NCBI GenBank assembly: GCA_964477205.1 | Contig: CAYZDE010000003.1 | Span: forward strand, 1 to 41,466 | Direction: 5' to 3' | Length of the DNA: 41,466 nt | Source: Candidatus Micrarchaeota archaeon | GTDB taxonomy: Archaea > Micrarchaeota > Micrarchaeia > Norongarragalinales > Norongarragalinaceae | Shown: positions 1 through 9,294 of the stretch, piece by piece | Position numbering within the stretch: position 1 is the stretch's first letter | Layout: each line of letters opens with the position of its first letter | Translations under genes and position numbers: made by a program | The notes under the pieces: generated by a model | Told to the model about the DNA's origin: nothing | The model's database searches: none | Seen by the model: only the letters and a program-made list of their open reading frames with translations

Positions 1-70
1 TCGAAAGAGTTAATAATGCGGTTAATTAAGAATCTTGTGTTGATTTTTACGCTCCCTATTGGCGGGTTCA

Positions 71-1189
71 ATGGAAGACAAGGTGTTTTCACTAATGAAT
101 AACAAGAATTTCGATAAAATGTTCGGCTCTAAGAAAGAGGTAGTCATAAACCCGGGCCAGAACCCGGTTTCCAAGGAAGACGCGGAGCTATTGGAGTTCT
201 TACAGGATAGCACGCCTAATATTTACGTTATCGGCTCCGGCGGCTCGGGTTGCAATACCATCGACCGAATGAGCCAAATAGGGGTTTCCGGAGCAACGCT
301 CGTGGCAATGAATACCGACGCTCAACACTTGCTTAAGGTGCGCGCTTACCGCAAGCTCTTGCTAGGGAGAATGAAGACGAAGGGCATGGGTGCCGGAAGC
401 GACCCGGTAGTAGGCGAAGCAGCTGCACAAGAGAGCGAGCAAAAAATCAAGGATCTTTTGAGTGACGCGGACTTAGTGTTCGTCACTTGCGGAATGGGCG
501 GCGGAACCGGCACGGGGAGTGCCAGCGTAATCGCCAAAGCCGCGAAGGAGAACGGGGCATTGGTAATCGGCGTCGTAACCCTGCCGTTTTCGAGTGAAGG
601 CGCTAAGCGCATGCGCAATGCAATGGAAGGCGTGGAAAAGTTAAAGCGCGAGGCTGACACGACCATAGTAGTCCCGAATGACAAGTTATTGTATTTCGTT
701 GCCGACTTGCCCTTGGACGAGGCGTTCAAGGCTAGCGACTCGGTCCTCACCGACGCGGTGAAGGGAATCGCCGAATTGATTACCATGCCGGGCCTAATCA
801 ACCTCGATTTCGCGGACATGCGCACGATACTAAAGGAAAGCGGCACGGCAATGATCGGCTTAGGGGAAGCGAACACAATAGACCAGCGCAGCCGCGTGGT
901 TGACGCAGCCGAGAAGGCGCTCTCTTCTCCGTTACTAGACTTGGATTTAACGCAAGCTAACAAGGCCCTAGTGAACATTACCGGCGGCCGCGACATGACG
1001 CTCGGCGAGGCGGAAGCCGCGGTGCAAGCAATCAGTTCATCAATGGCCAAGGACTCGCACGTGATTTGGGGCGCTAGAATAGACGAGACCCTTGAGGATA
1101 ACAAAGTGCGCGTGCTCGCCGTGGTTACTGGATTAAAGGAAGCAAAGCCGCACGACGACGTGGACATTGACTTGGACTTCATCAGCTAA
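71..1189 (+). CDS. ftsZ: Cell division protein FtsZ
   Basis: Tubulin signature GMGGGTGTG, plus GSGGSGCN, NTDAQHL and INLDFAD motifs. ATG at 71; alternative TTG start at 59. Confidence 0.97.
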   Translation: MEDKVFSLMNNKNFDKMFGSKKEVVINPGQNPVSKEDAELLEFLQDSTPNIYVIGSGGSGCNTIDRMSQIGVSGATLVAMNTDAQHLLKVRAYRKLLLGRMKTKGMGAGSDPVVGEAAAQESEQKIKDLLSDADLVFVTCGMGGGTGTGSASVIAKAAKENGALVIGVVTLPFSSEGAKRMRNAMEGVEKLKREADTTIVVPNDKLLYFVADLPLDEAFKASDSVLTDAVKGIAELITMPGLINLDFADMRTILKESGTAMIGLGEANTIDQRSRVVDAAEKALSSPLLDLDLTQANKALVNITGGRDMTLGEAEAAVQAISSSMAKDSHVIWGARIDETLEDNKVRVLAVVTGLKEAKPHDDVDIDLDFIS

Positions 1190-1203
1190 AACGTGAAATT
1201 AAA

Positions 1204-1383
1204 ATGGATTTAATAGGAATGATTAAGGACTTCGTGAAGCAGAGCAAGCGCGTGCTGATCATAACGCACAAGCCGCGCCCCATGGAATACCGCCAAATGG
1301 CGTTGACCACGGGCATAGGAATGCTACTCGTCGGGTTAATCGGATTCATCATCTCGATGACCTCGTTCTTCTTACGCAACTAA
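1204..1383 (+). CDS. secE: Protein translocase subunit SecE/Sec61-gamma (59 aa; not in ORF track)
   Basis: Hand translation: MDLIGMIKDFVKQSKRVLIITHKPRPMEYRQMALTTGIGMLLVGLIGFIISMTSFFLRN. RVL..T.KP...EY motif, one TM helix, canonical position between ftsZ and spt5. Confidence 0.93.
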   Translation: MDLIGMIKDFVKQSKRVLIITHKPRPMEYRQMALTTGIGMLLVGLIGFIISMTSFFLRN

Positions 1384-1397
1384 GGTGTTATTAAAAA

Positions 1398-1832
1398 ATG
1401 TTATTCGCTTACCGTGTGACCGCAGGACAAGAAAGCATAGTCGCGGACTTACTCTACGAGAAGGCGCGCAAGGCCAAGGCGCCAATTAATGCGTTCCTCA
1501 TCTCGCCGCGCCTTAAAGGCTACTTAATCGTCGAGAGCACTAACGAAGTCGAAGCAAAGCAATTGATTACGAACGTGCCTCACGTGAAGAGCGTGCTCCC
1601 TCGTTCGATTCCATTCGTGGAAATCAAGTCGCTTTTGGAGAGCAAGCCGGTGGAAATCAAGTTGAACAAGGGCGACCTAGTAGAAGTAACGAACGGGCCG
1701 TTCAAGGGCGAGCGCGCTAAAGTAGTGCGCATCGACCTGGAGAAAGAGGACATCACCGTGGAACTCGTCGAGGTCGCGGTTCCAATCCCCGTCACCATCA
1801 AGATTGACGCGGTTAAAGTCATTCCCAAGTGA
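1398..1832 (+). CDS. spt5: Transcription elongation factor Spt5/NusG
   Basis: NGN domain (VTAGQE, LKGYLIVE) and KOW motif (GDLVEVTNGPFKGE). Confidence 0.96.
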   Translation: MLFAYRVTAGQESIVADLLYEKARKAKAPINAFLISPRLKGYLIVESTNEVEAKQLITNVPHVKSVLPRSIPFVEIKSLLESKPVEIKLNKGDLVEVTNGPFKGERAKVVRIDLEKEDITVELVEVAVPIPVTIKIDAVKVIPK

Positions 1833-4047
1833 TTGGCTGTCCGCTAGAAGCTACGCACGCGGTGTAATACTGCGTGAGTATTTTTTCGGGATAGCGCGCG
1901 CCTAAACCCGTTCCGCTGTGATAATCTCCGTCATGTGTTCCGGGTACTCCGCAACACGCGTTCCTATCAAAACCCGCGCAGCCACTATACGTATCATAGT
2001 AATGCTGGCATGATTCTACCATTGCTTCGTTCCAGCTCATTCCCGCATTGTGGTTGTTGATAGCGCGGTACATTGCGCCTTCTCCGCGGTTATACCCGAA
2101 GAATGCTAAAGCAATTGCATCTACTCCAGTTAGCCCTCGCGAGTGTGCGTTTGTGATTCTATTTGCCAACTCTTGCGTTCCCAAGTCTATGTTCTCTTCC
2201 AGCGTGCATCCGCCGTGGCTTGGCCCGCATTCCATTACCTGCATTAATCCGTATCCGCCTATGTAATCCAAATCAGGATTGCAATTGCTTTCTATTTTTA
2301 TCAGTGCTTCAACGAGACCTAAGTCAACACCCAAATCGTACAAGCCGTTCGAGTGCATGTATTGCTCTAACAACTGCTCGAATTGGGCGCAAGATGCGAA
2401 ATTGCTTGGCGTGTCTTGTATTAACTTTGAGCAAGCCTGACCCGAGCCGATGAGCCATGGATCTTCTTTGGTCTGGTCACAGTAGCCAACGTACGACACT
2501 GGGTCGACTGGGTTGTTTTCGGTTCCCAAGCGCACTTCAAAGTGCAAGTGCGCGCCGTCGCATCCGTTCGGGTAAGTGCAACCTGTTTTTCCAACCATGC
2601 CTAGCGTATCGTCTACGCGTATGACGCTTCCCTCGTGAAGTACGCCATTAACCGTGTTCAAGTGACAGTAAAGCGTGTTAAAGTGTGAGCCGTCCGAGAA
2701 CTCGTGATCGATTATTAACCCGTTGCCGCAGCCGTCATCAGGAGTCCAACTGATGATTCGGCGCACGATTCCGTTTGCTGGTGCAAGTATGGGTGTTCCT
2801 TCTGGAACGGCAATGTCAATTCCGTGGTGCAAGCGCGCGCCGCCGTCACGAGGGTCTCCGAAGGCGCCAGTGAACGCCCCGGTTACCGGACAGTTGAACA
2901 ACCTCGTTTGGCTTTCGAAGTCGATTACGCTTTCCTCGGGAACTTCAACTGCTTTTCCGTTGTCGGGTGCGGTGAATTCTGGTAGAATGTGTTCCACGGT
3001 TATTTTGAGTTTGATTTCTTTTTCGATTTGAGTTATGAGTTTCGTTGAGCCGATGGTGAGCTTCATTACGGCTTCCGCCTCGTCAAAAGGCAGGATGCCA
3101 TCTTCTATCTCGTCCTCGACGTTCGCGCTCAACTCGAAAACGTACTCGAAGCCGGGAACTTCCTCGTAATCCTCTTCAAAGTACTTTTTGTCATTGCCTT
3201 CGTACTCCGTTTGGAACAGCAGGTAACCTTCTTCCGGGGAGATGGGAATGCCTAAGTACTTGGTGTCGTGCGGGTCGAATTCCGAGACTTCGAATTCCAG
3301 TTCATCCGGCAACTCGGAAAGAGCTTCCTCTAGTATTTCAGTCGCGTTTTGGAATTCAATCGGAGGCGCATACTCAGGGAGCTTGAGCTCCTCGATTTGC
3401 TTGGTCGCATTGTAATCCGGGTTCGTGATTTTCGCTTGCTTGACTTCCTCGACTGCTTCGCTCACGGCTTCGATTAGCTCTGCAGTGATTTCTTCTTCCG
3501 GCGAGAGGAACTCGTTGAGCTTGCTTTGCAAGGCGTTCGACTCGCTTCGGCCTAACGAGAGTGAAGCGATTTCCTTTAGCAGGCCGGCGAATGCTTCTGC
3601 TTCTTTGGCTGCGGCGCCCGGCTGCGTGACCAGGTAGAGTGGCGCGCTTCCGTTCGAGTCGAATGAGAGCGTCTTGTTCTTGGTTTCATTAGCGGCGAGC
3701 GCGATGGAGTCGCGCGTTGCTAGCGCGTCCTCCGCGAAAATGTTTTCGGCCGGAGAGGGCGGCGCATTGTCAATTTCATAATCCGAGTAAGAGGACGCCC
3801 GGTCGAACGGGACCACGGTGAACAAGTTGAACGCGGTGTCGCCTTCCGCGGTTATCAATAGTTTTTCTTGGTTTCCTTCGGGCCAGTACTCCAGGGTGAG
3901 CGGCGGGAGCGTTAATTCCTGCTTTTCTTTTAGCATTACGGTTGGGTCGCCTTGTTCGGGATTTATGGCGCCCTGCGGGTTGAGCACGATTGCGATTAGT
4001 ATTATTATCGCTATTGCAGCGAGAATGATTTTGTAATCGAATTCCAT
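1819..4047 (-). CDS. Membrane-anchored M23 metallopeptidase + lytic transglycosylase (SLT/lysozyme-like) fusion
   Basis: N-terminal hydrophobic helix and acidic stalk. M23 motifs HHGID (2829-2815), YCHL and HLH (2550-2542). SLT-like motifs IKIES, GLMQV and GYNRG. Confidence 0.88.
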   Translation of the reverse strand: MEFDYKIILAAIAIIILIAIVLNPQGAINPEQGDPTVMLKEKQELTLPPLTLEYWPEGNQEKLLITAEGDTAFNLFTVVPFDRASSYSDYEIDNAPPSPAENIFAEDALATRDSIALAANETKNKTLSFDSNGSAPLYLVTQPGAAAKEAEAFAGLLKEIASLSLGRSESNALQSKLNEFLSPEEEITAELIEAVSEAVEEVKQAKITNPDYNATKQIEELKLPEYAPPIEFQNATEILEEALSELPDELEFEVSEFDPHDTKYLGIPISPEEGYLLFQTEYEGNDKKYFEEDYEEVPGFEYVFELSANVEDEIEDGILPFDEAEAVMKLTIGSTKLITQIEKEIKLKITVEHILPEFTAPDNGKAVEVPEESVIDFESQTRLFNCPVTGAFTGAFGDPRDGGARLHHGIDIAVPEGTPILAPANGIVRRIISWTPDDGCGNGLIIDHEFSDGSHFNTLYCHLNTVNGVLHEGSVIRVDDTLGMVGKTGCTYPNGCDGAHLHFEVRLGTENNPVDPVSYVGYCDQTKEDPWLIGSGQACSKLIQDTPSNFASCAQFEQLLEQYMHSNGLYDLGVDLGLVEALIKIESNCNPDLDYIGGYGLMQVMECGPSHGGCTLEENIDLGTQELANRITNAHSRGLTGVDAIALAFFGYNRGEGAMYRAINNHNAGMSWNEAMVESCQHYYDTYSGCAGFDRNACCGVPGTHDGDYHSGTGLGARYPEKILTQYYTACVASSGQPITWE

Positions 4048-4126
4048 TAAAGCGGTTTACTCAAAAGGGTTATATATTTCCAGCGCACTTCGTCTTAAAG
4101 TTCTCTTTTACGAGGTGTGATTACTT

Positions 4127-4393
4127 TTGGTTAGCAATAACATTAAACAAGTCGTCGAGGTTCTCGACTCATTGATTAGCGACACGAGCGTTCCCAGAAA
4201 CGTTAGGACGATTCTCTCGGACGCGAAGCGAAAGCTCACGCAAGGCGAAGACGCCGTTGCGGGTATGTCGAGCGCGATTTACGACTTGGATTCGGTGAGC
4301 AACGACATTAATTTGCCGATGTACGCGCGCACCTTGGTCTGGAACCTTTTAAGCGAGTTAGAGCGCCTTAAGGAAGACGAAATCGGTAATTAA
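4127..4393 (+). CDS. UPF0147 family protein
   Basis: DTSVPRNVR and DINLPMYARTLVWNLLSELE motifs. TTG start with GAGGTG Shine-Dalgarno upstream. Confidence 0.88.
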   Translation: MVSNNIKQVVEVLDSLISDTSVPRNVRTILSDAKRKLTQGEDAVAGMSSAIYDLDSVSNDINLPMYARTLVWNLLSELERLKEDEIGN

Positions 4394-4494
4394 CCGCTCA
4401 TTCTCAGGCTTTGTTTAAGGCGATTGAATTAAATATCGCGCTATCCTTTCTTGTTCCGCAGCGGATTCTTTGGGTTCGTTTTGGTGGGTTACAG

Positions 4495-5982
4495 GTGCGT
4501 GAAGGTTACTTAGTAGAATTGTTTTCAAAGCACGACTGCGTAATCGGCCCCGGGGCGCTGCAACTCTTATGCTCGATGCCGGAAGGCGAGGCTAAGGCCG
4601 CTTCTGAAGCCGCCCTTGACTCGATGGGCAACAAGTTTTTACTCACTTTAGGGGATTTAGAGCCCGTTCTCGAGCGGCTCGCTGCGGACAAGAAGGCAAA
4701 CCTTCCCGCAGTGCGTTCCGAGGGAGGATTCGAGGCGCGCGCTAAGTCGCTGCAGGCTAACATAAAGTTCCACTTGGACCGTGACGTTTCCGAGAATAGT
4801 ACTTGCACCGGGACAATCGGCGACTTTATCTCTTATTTCAACGACCGCTTCCGCGTGTTAAAAGGCTTGTTGAGGGCGCGCCAAACGCGGCTTCCTTTTT
4901 ATACCGTCGCGAAGACGAAGTCGTCCCAATCGCGTGAGAAGTGCCGCGTGATAGGCATGGTTGCCGATTCGCGTACCACTAAGAACGGCCATTTGCTGGT
5001 GGAGTTCGAGGATGATTCCGGCTCGATGCCGTGCTTGTTCTCCAAGAGGGACGAACAAATGCTTGAAATCGGCGGCCGATTGCTGTTGGACGAGGTAGTT
5101 GCATTTGACGGGTTCTCTACGAACGGGTTATTCATTGTTAACGAGGTGACTTGGCCCGAGCTTCCGATCCGCGAGCGGCGCACGGTGGACTCGGACGCGT
5201 GCATTGCCCTCTTAAGTGACCTGCACGTGGGGAGCAAGTTTTTCATGCGGGAAGAGTTCGAGCGATTCCTTGAGTTCTTGAATGGAAAAGGGCCTGAGAA
5301 AGAGTTAGCCGGGAGGATAAAGTACTTACTCATTGCCGGCGACCTGGTGGACGGCGTCGGGGTTTACCCTTCACAAGAGGAAGAGCTTGTTACGAAGGAC
5401 ATTTACGAGCAGTACGAGCAATTCAACGAGTTGATGTCCGCGGTTCCGGATTGGATTGAAGTAGTCATTGCCCCGGGAAACCACGACCCGGTGCGCATTG
5501 CCGAGCCGCAGCCCCGTTTGCCGCGCGAGTTCACCGGGGAGTTGGAGAAGAAGAAGAATTTTCACTTCGTGGGCAACCCCGCGTTCTTTGACATCGAGGG
5601 GTTGAGTGTTTTAATGTACCACGGGTTTTCAATGGATACCTTGGTTTCCTCCCTTTCCACTCTTCGTTCGGGCTACCAGAACCCGGAACTCGTGGGCATC
5701 GAGATGCTCAAGCGCAGGCACTTGTGCCCCATTTACGGCCGCAAGCCCATCGTACCAGAGAAGAAGGATTACCTAGTCGTGGACGCTGTTCCCGACTTGT
5801 TCCACTTCGGGCACGTTCACAAGAACGGTTACGCTAACTACCGCGGGACTACCATAATTAATTCAGGGACTTGGCAGAACACTACGGATTTCCAGTTGAA
5901 GATGGGGCACGTTCCGTCGCCTTGCCAGCTCCCAATTTACGAGTTGCGTTCGGCTTCTTACAAGGTGTTGAATTTCAAATGA
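4495..5982 (+). CDS. dp1: DNA polymerase D small subunit DP1 (proofreading exonuclease)
   Basis: OB fold plus calcineurin-like phosphoesterase motifs SDLH, GDLVDG, PGNHD, YHG and GHVH. Start uncertain: GTG 4495 preferred over TTG 4411. Confidence 0.95.
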   Translation: MREGYLVELFSKHDCVIGPGALQLLCSMPEGEAKAASEAALDSMGNKFLLTLGDLEPVLERLAADKKANLPAVRSEGGFEARAKSLQANIKFHLDRDVSENSTCTGTIGDFISYFNDRFRVLKGLLRARQTRLPFYTVAKTKSSQSREKCRVIGMVADSRTTKNGHLLVEFEDDSGSMPCLFSKRDEQMLEIGGRLLLDEVVAFDGFSTNGLFIVNEVTWPELPIRERRTVDSDACIALLSDLHVGSKFFMREEFERFLEFLNGKGPEKELAGRIKYLLIAGDLVDGVGVYPSQEEELVTKDIYEQYEQFNELMSAVPDWIEVVIAPGNHDPVRIAEPQPRLPREFTGELEKKKNFHFVGNPAFFDIEGLSVLMYHGFSMDTLVSSLSTLRSGYQNPELVGIEMLKRRHLCPIYGRKPIVPEKKDYLVVDAVPDLFHFGHVHKNGYANYRGTTIINSGTWQNTTDFQLKMGHVPSPCQLPIYELRSASYKVLNFK

Positions 5983-8900
5983 ACGCCAGCCCTAGAATAA
6001 AAGAGTACTTCGCGTTGATTCGCTCGGACTTGGAGGCGGCTTACGATATTGCCGCGAAGGCGCGCGTGAAGGGCTTAGATGCCTGTGACGAAGTGGAGAT
6101 TCCGGTTGCGCCTGACGTTGCCGCTCGCGTCGAGGGGCTAGTCGGCCCGGCAGGCATTGCGGAAGTAATCCGGGATGTCCTCAAAGGGATGGATCGCGAT
6201 GACGCTTGTTTCGAGGTCGCCGTGCGAATCGCGCGGGGTGAAATATTGGGCGGTTCGCAGGAGGAATTAGCCGAGCAAGCCGTGCGCACGGGGCTTGCCT
6301 TGTACACTGAAGGCGTGGTGAGTGCTCCTATCGAGGGAGTCTCGCGCGTGAAGATTTATGCTAACCCCGACGGGAGTAAGTGCCTTCGCGTTTACTTTGC
6401 CGGGCCGATTCGCGGCGCTGGCGGCACTGGCCAAGCGTTCACTTTATTACTGGGCGACAAGGTGCGCCGTGAGTTAGGCCTCGCTGAGTACCGGCCGACT
6501 GAAGACGAAGTCGCCCGTTACGTAGAGGAAATGAACTTGTATTCCATTCGTACGCGTTCCGGCCAATACGTCCCAAAAGAGCACGAAGTAGAGTTGATTG
6601 CGCGCTCGTGCCCGGTTTGCATTGACGGCGAACCAACGGAAAAGTACGAAATAGGGGTGCACAAGGATTTGCCGGGAATAGAGTCGAATCGCGTGCGTGG
6701 CGGCTTGTGCCTGGTTTTGAGTGAAGGATTGTGCTTGAAGTCCGCGAAGATACTAAAGATGTCCAAGAGTGCGGGGCTGGACTGGGATTGGATCGAGGGC
6801 CTCGTGAAGGTTAAGAAGGCGGATGATTCGGTTGCGCGCGTGGAGCCAATCGATAAGTACATTAGTGAACTAGTCGGCGGAAGGCCTATCTTCGGCTATC
6901 CGATGCGGCGCGGAGGGTTCCGCTTGCGTTACGGGCGCACCCCGTTTTGTGGAATCCAAGGCAAGGCGATTACTGCGGCGACAATGGAAGTGCTCCGTGA
7001 GTTTCCGGTAATCGGCACGCAAATCTAGACAGAGCGCCCGGGAAAGGGCTGCATTGTTACCGTATGCGATGAAATCGACGGGCCGATCGTTAAGCTTGAC
7101 GATGACAGCGTGCGCATGGTCCGCTCTTGGCAGGAGGCTTTGGACTTGCGCGGCCGCATTAAAGAAATTTTATTCATTGGCGACTTGCTCATTTGTTACG
7201 GCGACTTCCTAAAGACGCGGCACCCCTTGGTTCCCGGGGCGTGGTGCGACGAATGGTTCGAGCGCATTCTCGAGTCCAAGGGAATAAACGCGGACATTAA
7301 ATCCATTACTTTCGACGAGGCGGTTGAGCTCGCGCGTAATGAGGGAGTGCCGCTCGCGCCGAAGCACACGCTTTATTGGGGTGACTTGACGCGTGAAGAA
7401 TTGTGCGGGCTGGCGGAATGGCTTGCGAATGGAAAATTGTCTTCGGTAAGCGGTGAGCTGGAATTGTCATTGCCTGCCGACGAGGGTAAGCGCGGTTTGG
7501 AGTTACTCGGCGTTGAGCATGAAGTGCACGGCGGCAAGGTCGCTTTGATAGGAGATGACGCGAAGCGATTATTGTGCCCGCTCGGCTTGTTGAAAGAAGG
7601 AAAGCTGGATAAATCCGCTTTCGATGCAGTGTTTCCTGATGAAAAGAAGGCGCCGTTGGCTATTCTCAGCGAACTCTTGGGGGCTATTGTAAAGTGCAAA
7701 GCGGGCACTTACATCGGGGCGAGTATGGGACGGCCGGAGAAGTCCAAGGAGCGTTCAATGCGCCCGCCGGTGCACTCTTTGTTTCCAGTGGGATTTCTCG
7801 GGGGAATGACCCGCGATTTAGTGCGTGCAACGCGGTTACTAAAACGAAGGGGCGAGTCGTTTGCAGAATTCGACTTGAATAATCGCATTTGCCCGAGGTG
7901 CAATGCGCGCTCTTGGCAGTTCAAATGCAGGTCGTGCGGAGCAAAAACGATAATGTCCAAGGAAACCCCGGCCGTCAAGCAGAAGGTGGATTTGGTTTCA
8001 GAGTTCGACGCTGCCTGCGAGCGGGTGAAAGTTCGCCCGCAGCAAGTGAAGGCGGTCATGGGAATGATTTCCAGGGAAAAGATTCCGGAAGCCCTTGAGA
8101 AGGGCATACTTCGCGCAAAGCACGGGGTAACCGTGTTTCGCGACGGGACTTGCCGGTACGATGCAATGGAGCTAACCGCGACTCACTTCCGAGGAGCGGA
8201 CGCAAACATCGGCGTTGAAAAACTGCGTAAGTTAGGGTACGAATCGGATTGCAAGGGCAAGCCCATTGAGTCGCTCGAACAAGTAATTGAGCTCCTCCCC
8301 CAGGACATAATCGTCTCGCGCCACGCATTAGATTACCTGTTCAAGCTCGCAAACTTCGTGGACGACCTTTTGGTTTACCATTACGGATTACCCGCGTTTT
8401 ACGGAGTAGAAAAGCCTGAGGATTTAATCGGAAAGCTAGTGGTGTGCATCGCGCCGCACACGAGTGCGGGCATGGTTGCGCGCGTAATCGGCTGCACTGA
8501 AGCACAAGGCGTGGTCGCCCACCCTTACTTGCACTGCGCTTGCCGCAGGAACGCCGACGGCGACGAGCTCGGCTTTTTCCTGCTACTCGACGGCCTCTTG
8601 AACTTCTCCCTTAGATTATTGCCTTCGTCCCGCGGCGGGAAAATGGACGCCCCGCTCGTCGTGATGAGCCGCCTCGACCCGAAGGAAGTGGATGATGAAG
8701 TTCACGCGATGGACCGCGCTTGGTCGTACCCGTTAAAATTTTACGAGGCAACGGAGCAACTCGCCCAGCCCTCGCAAGTGAAAATAGAGTTGGTTTCCAA
8801 CGAGCTCGGCAAGGCAGAGCAGTACGAGGGATTCGGGTTCACTCACGCCGGTTCGCTAGACGGGCCGACGCGAACGCGTTACGTGCAATTAAAGAACATG

Positions 8901-9293
8901 CAAGAGAAGCTTGACGAAGAGCTCGACTTGATGATGAGCATTCGCGCGGTGGACGCTGCCGACGGAGCCGAGAGGGTAATACTCAACCACTTCTTCCCCG
9001 ATTTGTACGGAAACCTGCGCGCGTTCTCCCGCCAAAAGTTCCGCTGCGTCGGGTGCAACACTAAGTACCGCCGAGTGCCGTTGAGCGGCAAGTGCAACAA
9101 GTGCGGCGGCAAGCTCATACTCACCGTCAGCCGGGGGAGCGTTCAAAAGTATCTGGAGTTGAGCAAGAACCTCGCAAAGAAATACGACCTGCCGAATTAC
9201 CTGCAACAGAGGATAATGCTCATCGAGCGCGAAATAGCCAGCGTGTTCGATAATGATAAGAGCAAGCAATTCTCGCTCGCGGATTACGCTTAG
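5979..9293 (+). CDS. dp2: DNA polymerase D large subunit DP2, interrupted by one in-frame TAG (7026-7028)
   Basis: ATG overlaps the DP1 stop (ATGA). FAGPIRGAGGT, GGFRLRYGR, MGRPEKS, RRNADGDE, C-terminal Zn finger and PIP-like QFSLADY. The two ORF-track pieces are in one frame and joined by conserved sequence (TERPGKG...GPIVKL). Confidence 0.93.
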
Positions 9294-9294
9294 G

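Noticed and set aside
346-1182. Long antisense/shadow ORFs (also 9473-10039, 23159-23686, 34604-35206 and others)
   Set aside because: They lie opposite well-supported genes, have no recognisable motifs and are expected from codon bias.
7110-9293. DP2 naturally split into two genes, or an intein/intron at the break
   Set aside because: The 27 intervening codons encode conserved DP2 sequence in frame. There is no insertion and no intein motif.
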